Assembly: GCA_041663505.1 (NCBI GenBank)
Contig: JBAYMP010000001.1
Location: forward strand, 30,400 to 94,399
Source of the DNA: Bacteroidales bacterium
GTDB lineage: Bacteria; Bacteroidota; Bacteroidia; Bacteroidales; UBA932
DNA: 64,000 nucleotides
Direction: 5' to 3'
Positions 1-9,407 of the stretch are shown one piece after another (the first letter of the stretch is position 1; the number at the start of each line of letters is the position of its first letter). The translations under genes and the position numbers were made by a program. Below the pieces are notes generated by a model. It made no database searches, was not told where the DNA came from, and saw only the letters and a list, made by a program, of their open reading frames with translations.

Positions 1-65
1 GCTCCTTCAACACAAAAAAAGAGGATATCGATAAATTTGTAAACGACATAAAATCATTAGTGTAA
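1..65 (+). CDS. 3' end of a gene truncated by the window edge. The tail reads ...SFNTKKEDIDKFVNDIKSLV*. Product is not assignable; the tail is reminiscent of C-termini of PLP-dependent transferases.
   Basis: Frame 3 is open from the window edge to TAA at 63-65. It is absent from the ORF track because it is partial. Confidence 0.3.
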   Translation, partial: SFNTKKEDIDKFVNDIKSLV

Positions 66-90
66 AATAACTACTTAACAAACTTACATT

Positions 91-1866
91 ATGGAAGTAA
101 CAAGAATTTTTGATCTCTTGGAGAACCTCAGAACCAAATACCCTAAAGATGATATTTTAAGCAGAAGAGTTAACGGTAATTGGATAAAGTATTCGGTGGA
201 TGATTATTGCAAGATATCTCACAAATTATCATATGCATTTCTTTCTTTGGGCCTGCAGCCTTTGGATAAGGTAATTACAATATGCAATAACAGACCAGAG
301 TGGAATTTTATAGATATGGGACTTTCAATGGCACATTTAATACATGTACCTGTCTATACAACTTTAAGCTCAGAAGATTACCGGCATATTTTCAGCCACA
401 GTGATGCAAAAATAATTTTTGTAAGCACAGGTTCCATCTATAAGAAGATCTCCCTTATCGTTTCTAAAATGAAAACCCCGCCGGCTATATATTCGATGGA
501 CGATATTCCAGGCATTAAATCCATATCTGAGCTTTACAAGCTGGGGAATGAAGTTGCTTCTGAGTTTGCGCCTGTTATCGAGGAGAATAAAAGGATAATT
601 GACGAAAAAGAACTTGCCACGATCATTTATACTTCAGGTACTACGGGAGCCCCAAAGGGCGTTATGCTCTCACATAAGAACCTGGTATTCAATTTTATAG
701 GCACTGCTGTTCAACAGATTAAAGATCACAGGCATAAAATGTTGAGCTTCCTTCCATTATGCCACATATATGAAAGAGGTATGAACTATGACTATCAGTA
801 TCTTGGCATAAGCATATACTATGCAGAAAATCTCTCTACGATTGCTAGCGACCTGGCAGACTGTCACGCTGATGGTTTTTGTGCTGTCCCAAGAGTTTTA
901 GAGATGATGTTTAACAAGTTCGAGGCAGCCGGCAAGGATTTGAAAGGAATTAAAAAAGTCATTTACCGCTGGGCTTTCCGCATTGCCTGTAAGTACGACT
1001 ATACAAAGAACAATCTACTATATAAGCTGCAATACGGACTTGCCGACAAACTGGTCTACAGTAAATGGAGAGAAAAGTTGGGAGGTAAAGAGATGCTGAT
1101 CGTATCTGGCGGTTCTGCAATCCAGGCTAAAATAATACGACTATTTACAGCAGCCAGGATGTATATATTCGAGGGTTACGGAATGACTGAGACCTCTCCT
1201 GTTATTGCAGTAAATAACCCTAAAGAAATGATAATTAAGATCGGTACTGTAGGCAAAGCTATGGAAGGAACAGAATTGATGATTGCTGACGATGGAGAGA
1301 TTCTTACCCGCGGGCCTCATGTTATGATGGGTTACTATAAAGATCCGGAGTACACAAATGCTGTTTTAGATAGTGACGGATGGTTTCACACCGGTGACAT
1401 CGGAGTTATGGTAGATAAGGTATTTCTAAAAATTACTGACCGGAAGAAGGAGATATTTAAACTCTCTGCAGGAAAATATGTAGCCCCGCAAGTTATAGAA
1501 AATAGGCTAAAGGAATCTTCATATATAGAAAACTGTATGGTTGTCGGGGAAAACCAAAAATTTACGTCTGCCATTATCATTCCCGCCTTTAGTTCGCTCC
1601 ATTTCTGGGCAGCTAAGCATAAAATCCAGTTTGCAGATAATGATGAGCTAATAAAAAACCCGGAAGTTCAAAAGAAAATCATCAGTGAAATTGATGTGAT
1701 CAATCAGAAGCTTGCTGCCCATGAACGGGTCAAGAGGCCTAAACTTATTAACGATGAATGGACCCCTCTTAATGATATGCTTTCGCAGACACTCAAACTC
1801 AAGAGGAGCAAAATTTACGCTAAATATGCCGACACTATTAATGACATATATAAGCACGAAAACTAG
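91..1866 (+). CDS. Long-chain fatty acid--CoA ligase (ANL superfamily AMP-forming acyl-CoA synthetase)
   Basis: 591-aa ORF with AMP-binding signature IIYTSGTTGAPKGVMLSH and GWFHTGDIG. Length is typical of ACSL-like bacterial ligases. Confidence 0.88.
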   Translation: MEVTRIFDLLENLRTKYPKDDILSRRVNGNWIKYSVDDYCKISHKLSYAFLSLGLQPLDKVITICNNRPEWNFIDMGLSMAHLIHVPVYTTLSSEDYRHIFSHSDAKIIFVSTGSIYKKISLIVSKMKTPPAIYSMDDIPGIKSISELYKLGNEVASEFAPVIEENKRIIDEKELATIIYTSGTTGAPKGVMLSHKNLVFNFIGTAVQQIKDHRHKMLSFLPLCHIYERGMNYDYQYLGISIYYAENLSTIASDLADCHADGFCAVPRVLEMMFNKFEAAGKDLKGIKKVIYRWAFRIACKYDYTKNNLLYKLQYGLADKLVYSKWREKLGGKEMLIVSGGSAIQAKIIRLFTAARMYIFEGYGMTETSPVIAVNNPKEMIIKIGTVGKAMEGTELMIADDGEILTRGPHVMMGYYKDPEYTNAVLDSDGWFHTGDIGVMVDKVFLKITDRKKEIFKLSAGKYVAPQVIENRLKESSYIENCMVVGENQKFTSAIIIPAFSSLHFWAAKHKIQFADNDELIKNPEVQKKIISEIDVINQKLAAHERVKRPKLINDEWTPLNDMLSQTLKLKRSKIYAKYADTINDIYKHEN

Positions 1867-2757
1867 ATGATTGTTAGATTAGCAGAAGTCAAAGACAATG
1901 AACATATATTTAAGATATGGAGAGCTTGTTTCACTGATGACCACGTTTATATAGCTAATTATCTTAAGTATTGCCTCCCTCATACTAAAACATGGCTGTT
2001 AGGGATTAAAGATGATATTTATGTTTCTTGTCTTTCTGTTATCCCATCATTTATTATTTTTAACAATGTCATTTATAAAGGAGGATATCTCTATGCAGTT
2101 GGGACACTACCCGAACATAGAGGTAATTCTTACTCTAAAATATTGATTAATGCAGCAATTGAAGATAGCAGAAGAGAAGGACTCTCCTATCTGTTAGTTA
2201 AACCGGCAAGTGAAGCCCTTTACCAATTTTACATAAAATTCTCTTTTGACAAAATAATATCAAAGAGTGTATCAAAGTTTATAACTTCGCCCATTGTCTG
2301 TCCGGTCGAAAATTCAATTATTACATCTGATATCAGCGTCTCAGAACTGTATTCAATGCGGGAAGATTTTTTCTCCGGTACGCATTTTCTCTGGACAAAA
2401 GAGATTCTAAATTATGCAATAATTGAGGCAAAAAGCAGATCCGGGTCTTGCAAGAAATTTCAAAAAAATAGTAAAAGATCGGGTTCTACTCTATATTACA
2501 TCGCCTATCCCGATGAACTGAAAAGCAATAAAATTAAGATTCTTGAGACTAATGCAATCAATCCGGCTGAAATTAAAACCATAATATCAGTTCTAATGGA
2601 AGAATACCCTAAAATTGAGGAATTTGAAATTGAATCTTCTTTAAGATTCATGGATTATGCCGGTTTTACCATTGAGAAATCAGCATTACTCTACCTCTTT
2701 AATAATGATTTATCCGACTTTCTGAAGCATCTACACCTCTCTTTGCCGTTAGAATAA
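1867..2757 (+). CDS. GNAT-family acyl-CoA N-acyltransferase with an extra C-terminal domain of about 160 aa
   Basis: The ATG directly abuts the TAG stop of the ligase gene. The N-terminal 130 aa show a GNAT motif-A-like segment (LYAVGTLPEHRGNSYSKILINAAIE). Confidence 0.6.
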   Translation: MIVRLAEVKDNEHIFKIWRACFTDDHVYIANYLKYCLPHTKTWLLGIKDDIYVSCLSVIPSFIIFNNVIYKGGYLYAVGTLPEHRGNSYSKILINAAIEDSRREGLSYLLVKPASEALYQFYIKFSFDKIISKSVSKFITSPIVCPVENSIITSDISVSELYSMREDFFSGTHFLWTKEILNYAIIEAKSRSGSCKKFQKNSKRSGSTLYYIAYPDELKSNKIKILETNAINPAEIKTIISVLMEEYPKIEEFEIESSLRFMDYAGFTIEKSALLYLFNNDLSDFLKHLHLSLPLE

Positions 2758-2784
2758 CTATTGATGTTTTCCGTGGAACACCTC

Positions 2785-4866
2785 CTACCTTCCAAAGTAG
2801 ACAAGTAATACAGAGACATCCGACGGAGAAACCCCCGGGATTCGCGATGCCTGAGATATAGTTTTGGGTTTATGCTTTGCAAGCTTTTGTCTGGATTCGA
2901 TAGATAGTGATTTTAAAGAGGCGTAGTCGAAATTTTCCGGTATTTTTATCCTTTCCAGTTTAAGAATTTTGTCGGCAATTCTCTTTTCTCTGTCAATATA
3001 TCCCCTATACTTAACCAATATTTCTGTTGACTCTATAATTTCTTTCAAGGTCAAGGCCCTGGAGATGGTTTCACTATAAATAATGTCTGCCTGGTATGGG
3101 AGTGAAACAAAATCTGCTATAATAGGTATAGACTCGTTAATATTTTCCGATAAAGAATAATAATACTCTTTTCCGGAAGAATCATTTCCATTGGGCAAGC
3201 TAAGTCCCTTCAACAAACAAATGGCTGGAGTAGTTGTGCTATCTCTTTGAACCTCTTCGATATATTTAAGGAATGTTTCTCGTGGAACATTTTGTAGCAA
3301 TTGTAGAATTTCTACATTCGGTCTGCTTAATATCTCAGACATTTTTTTCCGTTGAGAGATAATAGTAGAGTCGATTTTGTTTAAATATGGATTGATCTCA
3401 ACAGGAGTAAGTGAGACGTGCTCCATAAAATTTACAAGTCCTCTTATTGATTCATATTTTTTAGAAACCAATTTGCATCTCTCCTCCGAGGCCAGCCCGA
3501 TACCGTGTGATAAATGGGTCAGTCTTAAGTCAGCATTATCTTGTCTTAAAAGAATTCTATACTCTGCTCTGGATGTAAACATACGGTAAGGCTCGTCGAC
3601 ACCTTTTGTAACCAAATCATCAATTAGAACTCCAATGTATGCCTGATCTCGTTTTAAAATAAATGGCTCTTTTTCATTAATTTTCAAGTGAGCATTTATC
3701 CCAGCCATTAATCCTTGCGCAGCCGCCTCTTCGTAGCCAGTCGTTCCATTTACCTGTCCGGCAAAATACAAATTAGGTATTGTCTTTACCTCCAAAGTAT
3801 GATCGAGTTGGGTAGGAGGAAAGTAATCATATTCTACAGCATACGCGGGTCTGAAAATTACTACATGCTTAAAGCCGGGAATTGCTCTTAATGCTGCATA
3901 TTGCGTCTCTAACGGTAATGAAGAGGAGAATCCCTGAAGGTAGTATTCATTTGTGTTCCACCCTTCAGGTTCCAGGAATAGCTGATGTGAAGTTTTATCT
4001 GAGAAGGTTCTCAGTTTATCTTCTATGCTCGGACAGTATCGTGGACCTCTTCCGTGTATTTTACCGGTAAAAAGAGGAGAGAATTGAAAACCTTCCTTAA
4101 GAATGTCGTGGACTTCCTGATTCGTATGAACCATATAACAACACAACTGTTTAACACTTCCTTGTATTGGAGAAGGGATATTCAAAAAGGAAAACTTTTC
4201 AGGAACTGAATCTCCTTCTTGTATTTGCAACTTAGTAAGGTCTATAGAACGTGCATCGAGACGTGGAGGGGTTCCTGTCTTCATCCTATCTACAATAATT
4301 CCCTTATTTACAAGTTGTTCAGTTAGATTTAAGGAAGGTAATTCTCCAACCCTACCCCCTTGAGTAGAATTTTGCCCGATAAAAAGCTTCCCGTTAAGAA
4401 ACGTACCGGCAGTCAGAATAGTTGCTTTAGAATAGAAGGTTGCACCAAGCAATGTTTTGACCCCTATAATATTTTCTTGTTTAAAGATAAACTCTGTTAC
4501 AGTATCCTGCCAAATATTAAGGTTGTTGGTATGTTCCAAAATGAATCTCCAGTTAAGAGAGAAGTGCTGCCTGTCGCATTGAGCTCTTGGACTCCACATT
4601 GCTGGTCCTTTAGAGCGGTTAAGCATCCTGAATTGTAAGGTGCTAGCATCAGTGACTAACCCTGTATAACCACCAAGAGCATCTATTTCTCTTACTATCT
4701 GACCTTTAGCAATCCCTCCTATTGCTGGATTGCAGGACATTTGGGCAATTTTCCCCATATCCATTGTCACCAGCAAAACACGGGATCCCAGTTTTGCTGC
4801 AGCGTGCGCCGCCTCACAGCCAGCATGTCCGGCTCCAATAACTATAATATCGAAAGTGTCTGTCAT
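2785..4866 (-). CDS. mnmG: tRNA uridine 5-carboxymethylaminomethyl modification enzyme MnmG (GidA), with a lineage-specific insertion of about 70 aa
   Basis: FAD-binding VIGAGHAGCEAA, GPRYCPSIEDK, TSRAEYRILLRQDNAD, and C-terminal SQASRIPGVSPSDVSVLLVY. It is 693 aa. Confidence 0.95.
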   Translation of the reverse strand: MTDTFDIIVIGAGHAGCEAAHAAAKLGSRVLLVTMDMGKIAQMSCNPAIGGIAKGQIVREIDALGGYTGLVTDASTLQFRMLNRSKGPAMWSPRAQCDRQHFSLNWRFILEHTNNLNIWQDTVTEFIFKQENIIGVKTLLGATFYSKATILTAGTFLNGKLFIGQNSTQGGRVGELPSLNLTEQLVNKGIIVDRMKTGTPPRLDARSIDLTKLQIQEGDSVPEKFSFLNIPSPIQGSVKQLCCYMVHTNQEVHDILKEGFQFSPLFTGKIHGRGPRYCPSIEDKLRTFSDKTSHQLFLEPEGWNTNEYYLQGFSSSLPLETQYAALRAIPGFKHVVIFRPAYAVEYDYFPPTQLDHTLEVKTIPNLYFAGQVNGTTGYEEAAAQGLMAGINAHLKINEKEPFILKRDQAYIGVLIDDLVTKGVDEPYRMFTSRAEYRILLRQDNADLRLTHLSHGIGLASEERCKLVSKKYESIRGLVNFMEHVSLTPVEINPYLNKIDSTIISQRKKMSEILSRPNVEILQLLQNVPRETFLKYIEEVQRDSTTTPAICLLKGLSLPNGNDSSGKEYYYSLSENINESIPIIADFVSLPYQADIIYSETISRALTLKEIIESTEILVKYRGYIDREKRIADKILKLERIKIPENFDYASLKSLSIESRQKLAKHKPKTISQASRIPGVSPSDVSVLLVYFGR

Positions 4867-5294
4867 AAGGATTTTCTCTTACTCAAATAATAATCCTCTT
4901 TTGCCCTCATAACTTTAGTCTGTCTCTTTGTCTGGTCATCATATCCCAAAAGGTGTAAAACGCCGTGGATAATTACTCTGTTTAATTCTGTAGAAAATTC
5001 CTGCTTAAAAATTTTCGAGTTAGACCTGACCGTATCTGTACTGATAAAAATATCTCCCGAGAGTATCTTCCCTTCCGAATTGTCGAAGGTGATTACATCT
5101 GTATAGTAATCGTGGGAAAGATATTGTTTGTTAATGTTTAGAAGATATTCATCTGAACAAAAAATTACAGAGATATCCCCTACTTTCTTTGGACTATCAT
5201 TGCCCTCTTCTATAACAACACTTTTAATCCAGTTAGTGCACTCTCTTCGGTTTTTAAAGAGTATTTTTGTTTCTACAATAAAATAATTAACCAT
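4863..5294 (-). CDS. ybeY: rRNA maturation endoribonuclease YbeY
   Basis: 143 aa with the zinc-binding motif HGVLHLLGYDD. It has a 4-nt ATGA-type overlap with mnmG. Confidence 0.9.
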   Translation of the reverse strand: MVNYFIVETKILFKNRRECTNWIKSVVIEEGNDSPKKVGDISVIFCSDEYLLNINKQYLSHDYYTDVITFDNSEGKILSGDIFISTDTVRSNSKIFKQEFSTELNRVIIHGVLHLLGYDDQTKRQTKVMRAKEDYYLSKRKSL

Positions 5295-5640
5295 TATTTT
5301 TCATCTCCTCTAACTGGTCCCAGTACTCTATCGCTCGTCTTGTGTGTGGAATAACAATTGAACCGCCGACTAAGTTCGCGACAGAAAATATTTCAAACGC
5401 CTGTTCTCTTGTAACATTCATTTCAAAACATTTTTCCAAATGGTAATCAACACAATCATCGCATCTAAGAACCAAAGATGACACTAATCCTAGCATCTCT
5501 TTTGTCTGAGAAGATAGTGCTCCGTCTTCATATGTTTTTGTATCTAAATTGAAAAAACGTTTGAAAAATAAATTGTCAGAGTCAAGAATTACCTTGTTCA
5601 TTTTGGCACGATATGTGCGGAAGTTATTTACTTGTTCCAT
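5287..5640 (-). CDS. Carboxymuconolactone decarboxylase (AhpD-like) family protein
   Basis: 117 aa with an AhpD-like CxxC core (RCDDCVDYH). It overlaps the ybeY start by 8 nt, so it is probably the first gene of a CMD-ybeY-mnmG operon. Confidence 0.7.
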   Translation of the reverse strand: MEQVNNFRTYRAKMNKVILDSDNLFFKRFFNLDTKTYEDGALSSQTKEMLGLVSSLVLRCDDCVDYHLEKCFEMNVTREQAFEIFSVANLVGGSIVIPHTRRAIEYWDQLEEMKNNG

Positions 5641-5658
5641 TCGAAATTAAATTTGATG

Positions 5659-5666
5659 CAAACTTA
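5659..5666 (-). promoter_or_regulatory. Bacteroides-type -7 promoter box (TAAGTTTG on the minus strand) for the CMD-ybeY-mnmG operon
   Basis: Plus strand reads CAAACTTA. This matches TAnnTTTG and lies 19 nt upstream of the start at 5640. Confidence 0.4.
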
Positions 5667-5698
5667 CAAAAATATATAAATTAAATTTTAAAAAAATT

Positions 5699-6640
5699 AT
5701 GGCTAAGGTGACAGTTATAGGTGCTGGGAATGTTGGAGCAACTTGCGTAAATGCAATGACAATGATGCAATTTGCTTCAGAGGTTGTTTTGCTCGATATT
5801 AAGCCTGGTATTTCTGAAGGAAAAGCAATTGATATGACTCAAACTGCAAAGTTATTGAAATTCGATACAAGAGTTGTGGGTGTTACTAATGACTATGAAG
5901 CAACTGCAAAATCCAAGGTCATCGTTGTTACATCTGGTATTCCCCGCAAACCAGGTATGACACGCGAAGAGTTAATAGGTACTAATGCAGGTATAGTGAA
6001 TAATGTGGTTGAGAATGCGCTTAAATATTCTCCAAATGCAGTTATTGTCATGATTTCCAATCCTATGGACACAATGACATATCTTACCCTCAAGACAACA
6101 AAGCTGCCAAAAAACAAAGTGATTGGAATGGGTGGTATATTAGACAGCAACCGCTTTGTATATTATCTCAAAAAAGCATTGGATGCTCCTGCAAGTGATG
6201 TTGCAGGAATGGTGATAGGTGGTCACGGAGATACAACTATGATTCCTCTTACAAGATTTGCAAATTTGAGGGGGATACCTGTAAATGAACTTGTTTCCAA
6301 GGAAGTTCTTGATCAGGTTGCCAAAGATACAATGGTTGGAGGAGCTACACTTACAAAATATTTAGGCACTTCTGCCTGGTATGCACCAGGAGCTGCTGCT
6401 GCTGCACTTGTAAGATCAATTGTACTTGATGAAAAGAAAATTTATCCTTGTTGTGTAATGCTTGAAGGCGAGTACGGTCAAAATGATATTTGCATAGGCG
6501 TTCCGGTAGTAGTAGGCAGGCACGGATGGGAAAGAGTTGTAGAGTTAAAACTTAACGAAGAAGAACAAGCACAGTTCCAGAAAAGTGCAGATGCTGTACG
6601 TGCTACAAATGATGTATTGAAAGAGTTAAATCTGATATAA
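5699..6640 (+). CDS. mdh: Malate dehydrogenase (LDH-like NAD-dependent MDH)
   Basis: 313 aa with Rossmann VIGAGNVGA, SGIPRKPGMTREEL and GGHGDTMIP. These are typical of LDH-type MDH. Confidence 0.9.
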   Translation: MAKVTVIGAGNVGATCVNAMTMMQFASEVVLLDIKPGISEGKAIDMTQTAKLLKFDTRVVGVTNDYEATAKSKVIVVTSGIPRKPGMTREELIGTNAGIVNNVVENALKYSPNAVIVMISNPMDTMTYLTLKTTKLPKNKVIGMGGILDSNRFVYYLKKALDAPASDVAGMVIGGHGDTTMIPLTRFANLRGIPVNELVSKEVLDQVAKDTMVGGATLTKYLGTSAWYAPGAAAAALVRSIVLDEKKIYPCCVMLEGEYGQNDICIGVPVVVGRHGWERVVELKLNEEEQAQFQKSADAVRATNDVLKELNLI

Positions 6641-6648
6641 TACCTAAC

Positions 6649-6722
6649 GGGGTATTAGCTCAGTTGGTTAGAGTGCTTGCATGGCATGCAAGAGGTCATC
6701 GGTTCGACTCCGATATGCTCCA
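6649..6722 (+). tRNA. tRNA-Ala (anticodon GGC)
   Basis: A 74-nt cloverleaf folded by hand. Acceptor stem is GGGGTAT/ATGCTCC with the G3:U70 alanine identity pair. D stem is GCTC/GAGT. Anticodon stem is CTTGC/GCAAG with loop ATGGCAT. T stem is ATCGG/CCGAT with a TTCGACT loop. Discriminator is A, and CCA is not encoded. Confidence 0.9.
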
Positions 6723-6731
6723 CGTAAAAGT

Positions 6732-7898
6732 ATGGAAAAAACCATTTTTGTAGGTGTTATAAGCCAAAATGATGACGAGCAAAAGGTAAATGATTACCTT
6801 GAAGAGCTTGAATTTTTGGCAGAAACTGCGGGGGCTAGCGGGGATAAAAGATTTATTCAAAAAATGGATAAACCTAACCCTAAAACCTATATCGGTTCGG
6901 GCAAATTGGAAGAGATCAAAGCATACATCAAAGAGCAGGATATAAATCTTGTAATATTTGACGATGAGCTCACCCCTTCGCAATTGAGAAACATTGAGAG
7001 AGAGCTTGAATGCCGTATTTTGGACCGTACAAATCTTATTCTGGATATTTTCGCTCAGAGAGCAAAGACTGCCTATGCAAAAACTCAGGTGGAACTTGCA
7101 CAGTATCAGTACCTGCTACCAAGACTGACACGAATGTGGACTCACTTGGAGAGGCAAAAGGGCGGAATTGGGTTCAGAGGTCCCGGAGAGAGTCAGATTG
7201 AGACAGACAGGCGTATTATTCTGGATAAAATCAGCCGCCTTAAAGTTCAGCTCAAGAAAATTGACAGGCAAATGTCTGTCCAGAGGGGAAACAGGGGAAG
7301 CCTGGTAAGGATATCTCTGGTTGGTTACACAAATGTGGGAAAGAGCACGTTAATGAATCTTCTTGCAAAAAGTGATGTTTTTGCCGAGAACAAGTTGTTT
7401 GCAACTCTGGACACAACTGTGAGAAAGGTTGTAATAGAGAATGTTCCGTTTTTATTGTGTGATACTGTAGGATTTATCCGGAAACTTCCGCATCAGTTAG
7501 TTGAATCTTTTAAAAGCACATTGGATGAAGTTCGTGAGGCTGATATTCTGGTTCACGTTGTGGATATATCTCATCCTAACTTCGAAGAACAGATAAAGGT
7601 CGTACACGAGACACTCGCCGAGATTGGAGCTAAGGATAAGCCCCTTTTTCTAGTGTTTAACAAGATTGATATATACAACTATACTCCAAAGGGCGAATAC
7701 GATTTGGGGCCAAAAAAACAGGAGAATTACAGTATAGAAGAGCTAAAGAACTCTTGGATGGGGAAAGAACACTCGCCTTGCATCTTTATTTCGGCAAAAG
7801 AGAAGTTTCATATAGACAAGTTAAAAAACGATCTGTATAAAATGGTAGCTGAGATTCACGCCGGCAGATATCCGTTTAATAATTTTCTCTGGACTTAA
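6732..7898 (+). CDS. hflX: GTPase HflX
   Basis: G motifs GYTNVGKST, DTVGF and NKID, plus an HflX N-terminal domain. The ORF-track start at 6681 lies inside the tRNA, so the start was moved to Met18 (MEKTIFVGV). Confidence 0.9.
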   Translation: MEKTIFVGVISQNDDEQKVNDYLEELEFLAETAGASGDKRFIQKMDKPNPKTYIGSGKLEEIKAYIKEQDINLVIFDDELTPSQLRNIERELECRILDRTNLILDIFAQRAKTAYAKTQVELAQYQYLLPRLTRMWTHLERQKGGIGFRGPGESQIETDRRIILDKISRLKVQLKKIDRQMSVQRGNRGSLVRISLVGYTNVGKSTLMNLLAKSDVFAENKLFATLDTTVRKVVIENVPFLLCDTVGFIRKLPHQLVESFKSTLDEVREADILVHVVDISHPNFEEQIKVVHETLAEIGAKDKPLFLVFNKIDIYNYTPKGEYDLGPKKQENYSIEELKNSWMGKEHSPCIFISAKEKFHIDKLKNDLYKMVAEIHAGRYPFNNFLWT

Positions 7899-8752
7899 CG
7901 AAGCCTTTGTAACCCTTCATTGTTTTTGCAGCAAAAAGAGAGTTCTGAATTAGTCTGATCAATATTCAAAAATTCCAATACTCGTTTTTGAACAAGTTCT
8001 GTCTCTTCTATAAAGCTATTATGACCCGAGTGTTCCATGAACTGTTTTTCTGCCTGAGGGAGAAGTTCTGCAAGCAAATTTGCCTTTTCCAAAGGTATGT
8101 GATAATCGTTATTGCCAAAAAAAATGAGAATTGGAGATGTGTAGCTCTTAAGAAACTCTAAATTGTCCGGTCTGGTCTTGAGCCCCTCAAGGGAGGCAAC
8201 AATTCCTTCCGGGTCGTGTGTTTCTGCCAGTTCAATTATCTCACGGATCTTTTCATCCATCCTTCGCAAGTTTTCCGGGGCAAACATTTTTGGGATTCCC
8301 ATCTTTACAATTGTCTGAAGCTTTGATTTATGTATAAGTGCGATCTCCCTGTCCCTGTCTGCCCTCTTTTCATCTGAATCTGCCAGTGGCCCGGAATGCA
8401 TTAAAATAAGAGAGGTAAACCGTTCCGGAAATCTTTTTACAGCTTCAATGGCAATATATCCTCCCATTGAGTGCCCCATTATGCAAGCTTTGTCAACTTT
8501 ACATAAATCCAAAACCTCTTTTGCTACATCGGCACAAAACTCTATGCTGTTGTTCTCTTTGTGAGAACCGGAAAGTCCGTGCCCGGGAAGGTCTATTGAG
8601 ATTATTCTCAATTTTGGCAACATAGGAATTGCAAAATCATCCCAAACATATAGGGTTTCAAGATAACCGTGTAGCAGAAAAAGTGTTGTATCCCCCTTTT
8701 TACTGTCAGAGATGTGGATAGGGATACCTTTACAAGTAGCAAAAAATTCCAT
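7895..8752 (-). CDS. Alpha/beta hydrolase fold protein
   Basis: 285 aa with the nucleophile elbow GHSMGG and LLHG near the N-terminus. Confidence 0.8.
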   Translation of the reverse strand: MEFFATCKGIPIHISDSKKGDTTLFLLHGYLETLYVWDDFAIPMLPKLRIISIDLPGHGLSGSHKENNSIEFCADVAKEVLDLCKVDKACIMGHSMGGYIAIEAVKRFPERFTSLILMHSGPLADSDEKRADRDREIALIHKSKLQTIVKMGIPKMFAPENLRRMDEKIREIIELAETHDPEGIVASLEGLKTRPDNLEFLKSYTSPILIFFGNNDYHIPLEKANLLAELLPQAEKQFMEHSGHNSFIEETELVQKRVLEFLNIDQTNSELSFCCKNNEGLQRLR

Positions 8753-8856
8753 TAAGTTATATTTTTCACAAATTTAACAGATATTGGAGTTATTTTTATA
8801 TTTTTGTTGAAATAACCTAGATCTGCAATTTATATATTTACAAAAATGATTAAATA

Positions 8857-9384
8857 ATGAAATTAACAAAATTTTTGTCTGTTGCAGTAATCGCTATTCT
8901 CTCTCTTTCAATCTCGAGTTGCAATAAAGAGGCCGACCCTATTATTCTTACAGGTTCCTGGCAACTGGACCCATCTGCAACCTTTCTGCAGATTATTTAT
9001 AATCCGACATATGCAGAAATGTATCCATCTGCTATCCAATATTTAAAAGACAACAAGGAAAAAATTCTAACGGAGATAAAAAAACCAGACATTATTCAGT
9101 TTTCCGATCCAAATGTTGTCGATTTTATTTATACCTCTCCTTTAGCGCCAACTGTCACCGGTACCTTCGACCAATTTGAAATCTATGTAAACATTAAGAA
9201 TGCATTATTTCCAACTGGCATTGCTGGTGCATCAAACAATCATAAGCTTGAAATCTACTATACTAAAGACTATATGATGAGTATATTATACTCAATATTG
9301 ACACCTGAAGACGATTCTCAAGATACCTTCTCAAAACTTATCGAGCAGTTTGATGGAGTGGGTGTTTATGTGAGAGCCCAATAA
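8857..9384 (+). CDS. Hypothetical lipoprotein
   Basis: Signal peptide with lipobox LSISSC. No recognisable catalytic motif. Confidence 0.55.
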   Translation: MKLTKFLSVAVIAILSLSISSCNKEADPIILTGSWQLDPSATFLQIIYNPTYAEMYPSAIQYLKDNKEKILTEIKKPDIIQFSDPNVVDFIYTSPLAPTVTGTFDQFEIYVNIKNALFPTGIAGASNNHKLEIYYTKDYMMSILYSILTPEDDSQDTFSKLIEQFDGVGVYVRAQ

Positions 9385-9407
9385 AATTTTAAATATTGAT
9401 ATTAAGT

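Noticed and set aside
6681-6731. The N-terminal 17 codons of the longest hflX ORF
   Set aside because: They overlap the 3' half of the tRNA-Ala gene. Met18 at 6732 gives a normal HflX N-terminus.
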